This document shows positions 59,219 through 63,998 of a stretch of DNA of 63,998 bases, in pieces (the stretch's first letter is position 1; each line of letters opens with the position of its first letter). Made by a program: the position numbers and the translations under genes. The DNA lies in assembly GCA_008632985.1 (NCBI GenBank), contig QPGO01000307.1, positions 1 through 63,998 on the forward strand, read 5' to 3'. Source of the DNA: Psammoneis japonica. Its lineage: Eukaryota. A model generated the notes under the pieces. The model was not told the DNA's origin. It was given only the letters and a program-made list of their open reading frames with translations, and searched no databases.

Positions 59219-61063
59219 ATGGCTATTGCTTCTTCCCCAGCAACTCCCTTCCACAGAGGTGAAACTTCAGTGCAGGATCGGCTTGGCGTTAGTTCACACG
59301 TCATGTCTTACGGTGCGTTTTCAACATGGTCAATTACCGAAAATGTTATCATTTCCTCCCGGCATAACTTACATAATAAAAACTATGGCTTTTTATCGTC
59401 ATTTCAACAGCTCCAAAGGTCATTCGACCCTACATGCCGATTCAACATCGGGAATTTTTCGAGGCACAACCATTCCTGGCTGTTGCGGCTCGAGATAGCG
59501 AGAACAGAATGTGGTCGACACTCCTCACACATCCCGACGGAGAAAATGATTTTGTTACGAGCCCGACCTCCAAGTCTCTTCTAGTTAGGGGGCTTCCAGT
59601 CCCAGGTGATGCATTGCAAGATTCATTAAAGCCTGGATCGGACCTCGGCATCTTAGGAATTGAATTTGCTACGAAACGTCGAAACCGTGTGAATGGCCGT
59701 ATAGCTGCGGCATATCCAGAGATCTCATTGGACGGAGAAAAACAAGCAGCAGGCATTGAGTTTGCAGTAGATCAGAGCTTCGGTAATTGCCCACAGTACA
59801 TAAAGCCGAGAAAGTGGTGGTCTGCAACTTCGAAAGAGAATAGCAATGCCCAGAACGGACTTATTCAAGGGGAGAAGCTATCCTCGGTATCGAAAGAATT
59901 ATCCTCGAGTCAAATCGACCGCATCAAAAATAGCGAAACTCTCTTTATTGCTACGGGATATCGAGGGCAAGGAGAAGACCCTCGATGGGGTAATGACGCT
60001 TCGCATCGTGGTGGACCTAAAGGCTGGGTCGGTGTTAGGGACAACAAGACTTTGTTACTTCCTGATTTTTCAGGAAACAATCATTTCAACTCAATCGGAA
60101 ACTTGATGATGGATAATCGTATGGGTGTCACCTTTCCTTTATTTGAAACGGGAGGGATGATTCAGCTCACAGGTACCGCCACGGTCGACTTTGACGAAGC
60201 CATGGCTGCAAGCTTCTACCCTGGAGCAAAAAGGGTCATCGAGTTCTCGATTGAAGAGGTGTAGAACTACCTGAAGGTCTCTTCCTCTTCGATGGACAAA
60301 CGACGACTTGGAAAACCAAGAACGAACCTTAGAAGTTGTCCGCAAGGAGAAGGAAAGCGAAGATGTGACCAGTTTCTACTTGATGCCGCGCGATGGAGAC
60401 CGACAAGATCTATGGAAGTTTAGCCCTGGACAGCACCTCCCCATAACAATCGAGGCAGACAAAGAAAAAACCCTCGACCGAACCTATTCACTTTCGGGAA
60501 GCACCGATTGGATAGGTTATCGCATATCTGTGAAACGCGAACCTTTTGGAGCGGCGTCGACCCTTCTGCATGACAACATTCACGCTGGCGACACAATTCA
60601 GGTACATCGGCCTGCCGGAGATTTCGTTCTTGAAGGCAGTAGTAATAGAGAGAACACGCTGGTGCTTGTCAGTGCGGGTGTCGGTATCACTCCCATTCTG
60701 TCTATGCTGCATGCCGTGGTTCGCTCTAACCAAAGACTACCAAAAGCACAAAGAAGAGAAGTACTTTGGGTGCACGGTGCAAGAGATGGCGCACACCATC
60801 CTTTTCAGGAAGAAGTTAGTGAGCTGGTTGAACTCGGAAATGGTTTTGTGAAGACGCACGTTGCTTATTCGAGACCAAGGGAATTTGATACAGAACACGA
60901 TTCGGAGGGCCGTATTAGTGCAAAGCTCCTAGAAAACTTGGTACCAGACGTTCAAAACGCTGACTTTTATATGTGTGGAACGGGTTCTTTCATGGCTGAC
61001 ATTGAATCCGGGCTTCAAGAACTTGGTGTCGATCCCAAAAAAATAAAATTTGAAACATTCTAA
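59219..61063 (+). CDS. PNPOx-like FMN-binding domains fused to an FNR-type FAD/NAD(P)H oxidoreductase (intron 59313-59410, two apparent 1-bp deletions near 60260-60280)
   Basis: FHRGE..VQ, RRNRVNG, SFGNCPQYI, DASHRGG and GNNHFNSIGNL, followed by PGQH, RTYSLS, GVGITP, YMCG and terminal FETF. Confidence 0.88.
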
Positions 61064-62265
61064 ATCGTAATCCATAGAGACTTCAGTGGTACCAAGACTT
61101 TTGTCATCGTCTCGAGCTCCCTTTTATTTGTTTTGCGTCTCGTCATTCGCACACTCAACTCGTAGACTCGCTCCGTGCACTCGTGTCCCCAGAAATGTAA
61201 TAGCCGTAGTAATAGGGCTAGAGAGAATCCCAACAGCAAGTAGGAGTGTAAGATTGATGTATCGCTACCTTCGTAAATCATCAAACCGCCATTCGATAGC
61301 TGCCAAAAATCAACCCCTTGACACCATTCGGGAAAGAACTGTAACAAGTTTGTCAGCGCCCGTGTGTGTGGCTCACGAAACAGAAAAACGCCTTTACCAT
61401 CCAACAAATCGAGCAACAACGGTGGAGGCTTGCCGTGGGATCCCATAACTTCACTCAACACGTAAACAAAGGTAAACACAAGTAATCCAGATGTAGCGTG
61501 GTCGTCATGTTGTAGTCGCAAGTGCCGGTGAAACTCAGCGTTGGTTTCGTGATGCAGGGGAAGACTCAAATCGGTAGTTTGGAATGCAATGTCTTGCCCA
61601 GACAACTCGCTAACTCGTGATACGATGGGACCCCAACCCGCGGCATAGTCTGCTACAACAAGTTGAGCATTGTGTGCGCCGGGTGTACCATGATACTTTC
61701 GAAATAGCATATAACCAAACATGTCGTTTCCGGGGCCACCTCCAATCGACATTACGGAAGATGGAGTTTCCAACGACACTCGGGACTCCGAATCTAGCAA
61801 CGCTTGTTGCGCACTCCTCCATAGCTCAAAGGCAATGACGGCTCGCATGGAAAATTTACGTTGTGCGTAGCCCCAGAGTCCCCCCTCTATGTTTTCAAAG
61901 TCGTCTTTGACTTGGAGCCCCTTGCGCATTTTCTTTTGCAACGCCGTGGTTTGTTCCAAACAATTCAGCTTGTCGCCAACAAAGCATTTGTTGGACTCGA
62001 CCAAACCCTGAACGACAAACCTAACATCAGATTGGAGTCGTTTTGCTAATCTTGTTGGTAGCCTGCATATTATGTTGGAGTTTTCATCTTTGAATTCTGT
62101 AACTTCGTCGGATCCTTTGTCCGTGTCGTTCCACGTTCGGACCGAAGGCGCGATCGAATTGCAATCGGTGCCAAAACACTCATTTCTGAATGCACGGTTC
62201 ACCATACCACAGCTGACGCACGTCCATCGTCCATGTCTTTCTTGCAGCGGTCCTGGGAACGTCAT
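61060..62265 (-). CDS. Protein with RanBP2-type zinc finger and SAM-methyltransferase-like domain (C-terminus uncertain)
   Basis: WTCVSCGMVNRAFRNECFGTDC fits the W-x-C-x2-C-x3-N-x6-C pattern. SVMSIGGGPGND resembles SAM motif I, followed by VVAD and FVYVLSE. Confidence 0.65.
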   Translation of the reverse strand: MTFPGPLQERHGRWTCVSCGMVNRAFRNECFGTDCNSIAPSVRTWNDTDKGSDEVTEFKDENSNIICRLPTRLAKRLQSDVRFVVQGLVESNKCFVGDKLNCLEQTTALQKKMRKGLQVKDDFENIEGGLWGYAQRKFSMRAVIAFELWRSAQQALLDSESRVSLETPSSVMSIGGGPGNDMFGYMLFRKYHGTPGAHNAQLVVADYAAGWGPIVSRVSELSGQDIAFQTTDLSLPLHHETNAEFHRHLRLQHDDHATSGLLVFTFVYVLSEVMGSHGKPPPLLLDLLDGKGVFLFREPHTRALTNLLQFFPEWCQGVDFWQLSNGGLMIYEGSDTSILHSYLLLGFSLALLLRLLHFWGHECTERVYELSVRMTRRKTNKRELETMTKVLVPLKSLWITI

Positions 62266-63383
62266 GGTGATAGCAATAGAATATCGAATAAGAGCAACGT
62301 CGAAACGTGTGAACGCAACGAGAACGAGAAAGGAAATGAGTGGAGGAAGACAGATTTTGGAAAACAGACATGGTATCGACCTGGCTCGTGACCTACTGCG
62401 TTCTACACAGAAACCTACGGGGTTTTGAAATTTTTGATTTGGCTGGCTCAACCCATTGTAATTCTTCATTGTTCGATATATAAATAATGAATGAGGTCAT
62501 TTCATGACGCGCGACTGAGGAGTGAGTCGTCGTCGCATCAACAATAGAGTGNACAGATCATGACACGGTCGCTTCGCGTTCGATAAAATTAGCCGAACCC
62601 TGACGTCATGAGAAAAAGGAATCTTTTTCGGTGGATTCACATCTCGCTCGAATTTCAAGTCGTTTGAGTCAGTGCGAAAACAAAGATTCCTTTTAGAGTT
62701 GTTGCGACGAGCTGATCGCTGATCGACAGTAAAGAACGATCGAGATGGCGGCGATTAAGCTTATTCAATGCAAAGTTCTTTCCTCCACGCTCATATGAAA
62801 ATTTAATAAGAATATGTATTGAAAAGAGTGAAACTTTGAATGTATTCTACAGAAAGTATCGCCGGTAAAGCAGTGCGACGACACGGAGCACAGAACCACA
62901 GTTGTTGTTGACGTCGTGCGTTGGTTTTTAGGATTTGGGGGCACTAAAAAGCCCAAAAAGGACAAGAACGTAGAATAAAAATCGTAATTACGTATTTTAT
63001 GGGTATAAGAGCATCTCGTGTATGTTATCGTCGCTTCGGTTGTAACGAGTAGCGTGGTGAATGACGCCGTCGTTCGTGGCGTGTGCTCGTCTCGTCGAAT
63101 TGATTTTTTGATGGAACGTGCGTTGCGGTGTGAAGACCTATAGTACATTATTTACGTAGATTTCTACACCGCGTTCACTTGCGAAAAAGCTGAGTGAAGC
63201 CAAAACAGCACCCGGATGTGGCTTCACTGCTGTGTTCGCCGACGTCATCTCGGAAAGTAGTGCACGCCAGCATGACGTGGCGAACGCGAAGACGGTCGCC
63301 TTCACTCGTGATCTGTCACTCTAATAACAGCGGCGGCGCGCGGCAGCTGTTCATTTTCTGCTCCATCTGCAACTAAACTGACG

Positions 63384-63998
63384 ATGGTGGTGAAAGGGCC
63401 GAAAGCACTGTTAGCCGAGTCGATTGCAGCGGCTCTTAGTGAGTATTTCGAAGTAGAAGCAGATAACATACAATCTAACCTCTTGAAAAATACAAAGATC
63501 GTGTTGAACGACACCAAGCTCCGCCCGCAGACAAACTATGTCCCTCTGGTACGAATTCTTTGCAGGCTCTCACGACAGGCGCGGTGGATCAGGTAGAATT
63601 TTCCTGGGAATGGTCAATTGGAAGTGAAACTATAGTCAAGGATGCAACTCTTACGATTCGAGGACTGAAATTCAAAGCTGAACTCTCTTTTGCTAAAGAC
63701 AACCCGGAACCCAACAATGTGCCTCTCGACAGTAAACCAACGAGACGAAAGAGCGAATTGCAGCAAATTAAGAAGGAAGGCAGGGTGCAAGCTTACATTC
63801 GTCGTCAAGTCGAACAGATCATTAACGCCCTTACCCTTAACGTGACCGACTTTGAGTTTAGTCTGCTACTCCCACCCGAAGGAGGTGTTGTTGGTGGGAT
63901 TTCAGTCGGCGGGCAATCCGTAGAGCTCAAATCGCTCCTTAATCAAGCAGGAAAGGACGAATTGTCCCTGGATGGAAAGCACCATTTGAAAAATCAGC
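63384..63998 (+). CDS. Chorein-N (VPS13/ATG2-like) domain protein, 5' part, runs off window
   Basis: LAESIAAALSEYFEV...IVLNDTKLR. After a 1-bp shift in the C-run near 63542 the frame continues open (GAVDQVEFSWEW...LTIRGL...QIINALTLNVTDFEF). Confidence 0.6.

Noticed and set aside
62601..62695. TGACGTCA palindrome and a 13-bp inverted repeat (AAAAGGAATCTTT/AAAGATTCCTTTT) between divergent genes
   Set aside because: Too short to distinguish from chance without conservation or binding data.

Overview
Gene-dense eukaryotic DNA with short GT-AG introns, most likely a pennate diatom (bipartite plastid presequence on IleRS, diatom/oomycete-type glucan synthase relic, bacterial-type genes). About 20 host genes are recognisable: PP1, IleRS, two SLC25 carriers, agmatine deiminase, a STAND/AAA ATPase, FDH, HIP/ST13, ASCC3, a VOC protein, a PNPOx-like oxidoreductase and a chorein-N protein. 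They alternate with six domains (~0.84-5.95, 12.5-13.6, 19.8-21.7, 27.4-33.8, 40.8-43.6, 47.6-48.7 kb) in which TpA is almost absent, CpG is usually reduced and TpG/CpA are abundant. The main discovery candidate is a repeat/relic-targeted hypermutation process converting TpA to TpG or CpA (A-to-G after T, on either strand), the reverse of fungal RIP. Its direction is fixed by several internal comparisons: MITE copies, TIR arms, a boundary-straddling repeat, and a glucan-synthase relic whose conserved Tyr codons read Cys or His. Most short Cys/His-rich, Tyr-free ORFs in the track are artefacts of the resulting loss of TAA/TAG stops. All counts were made by eye and no database searches were run.
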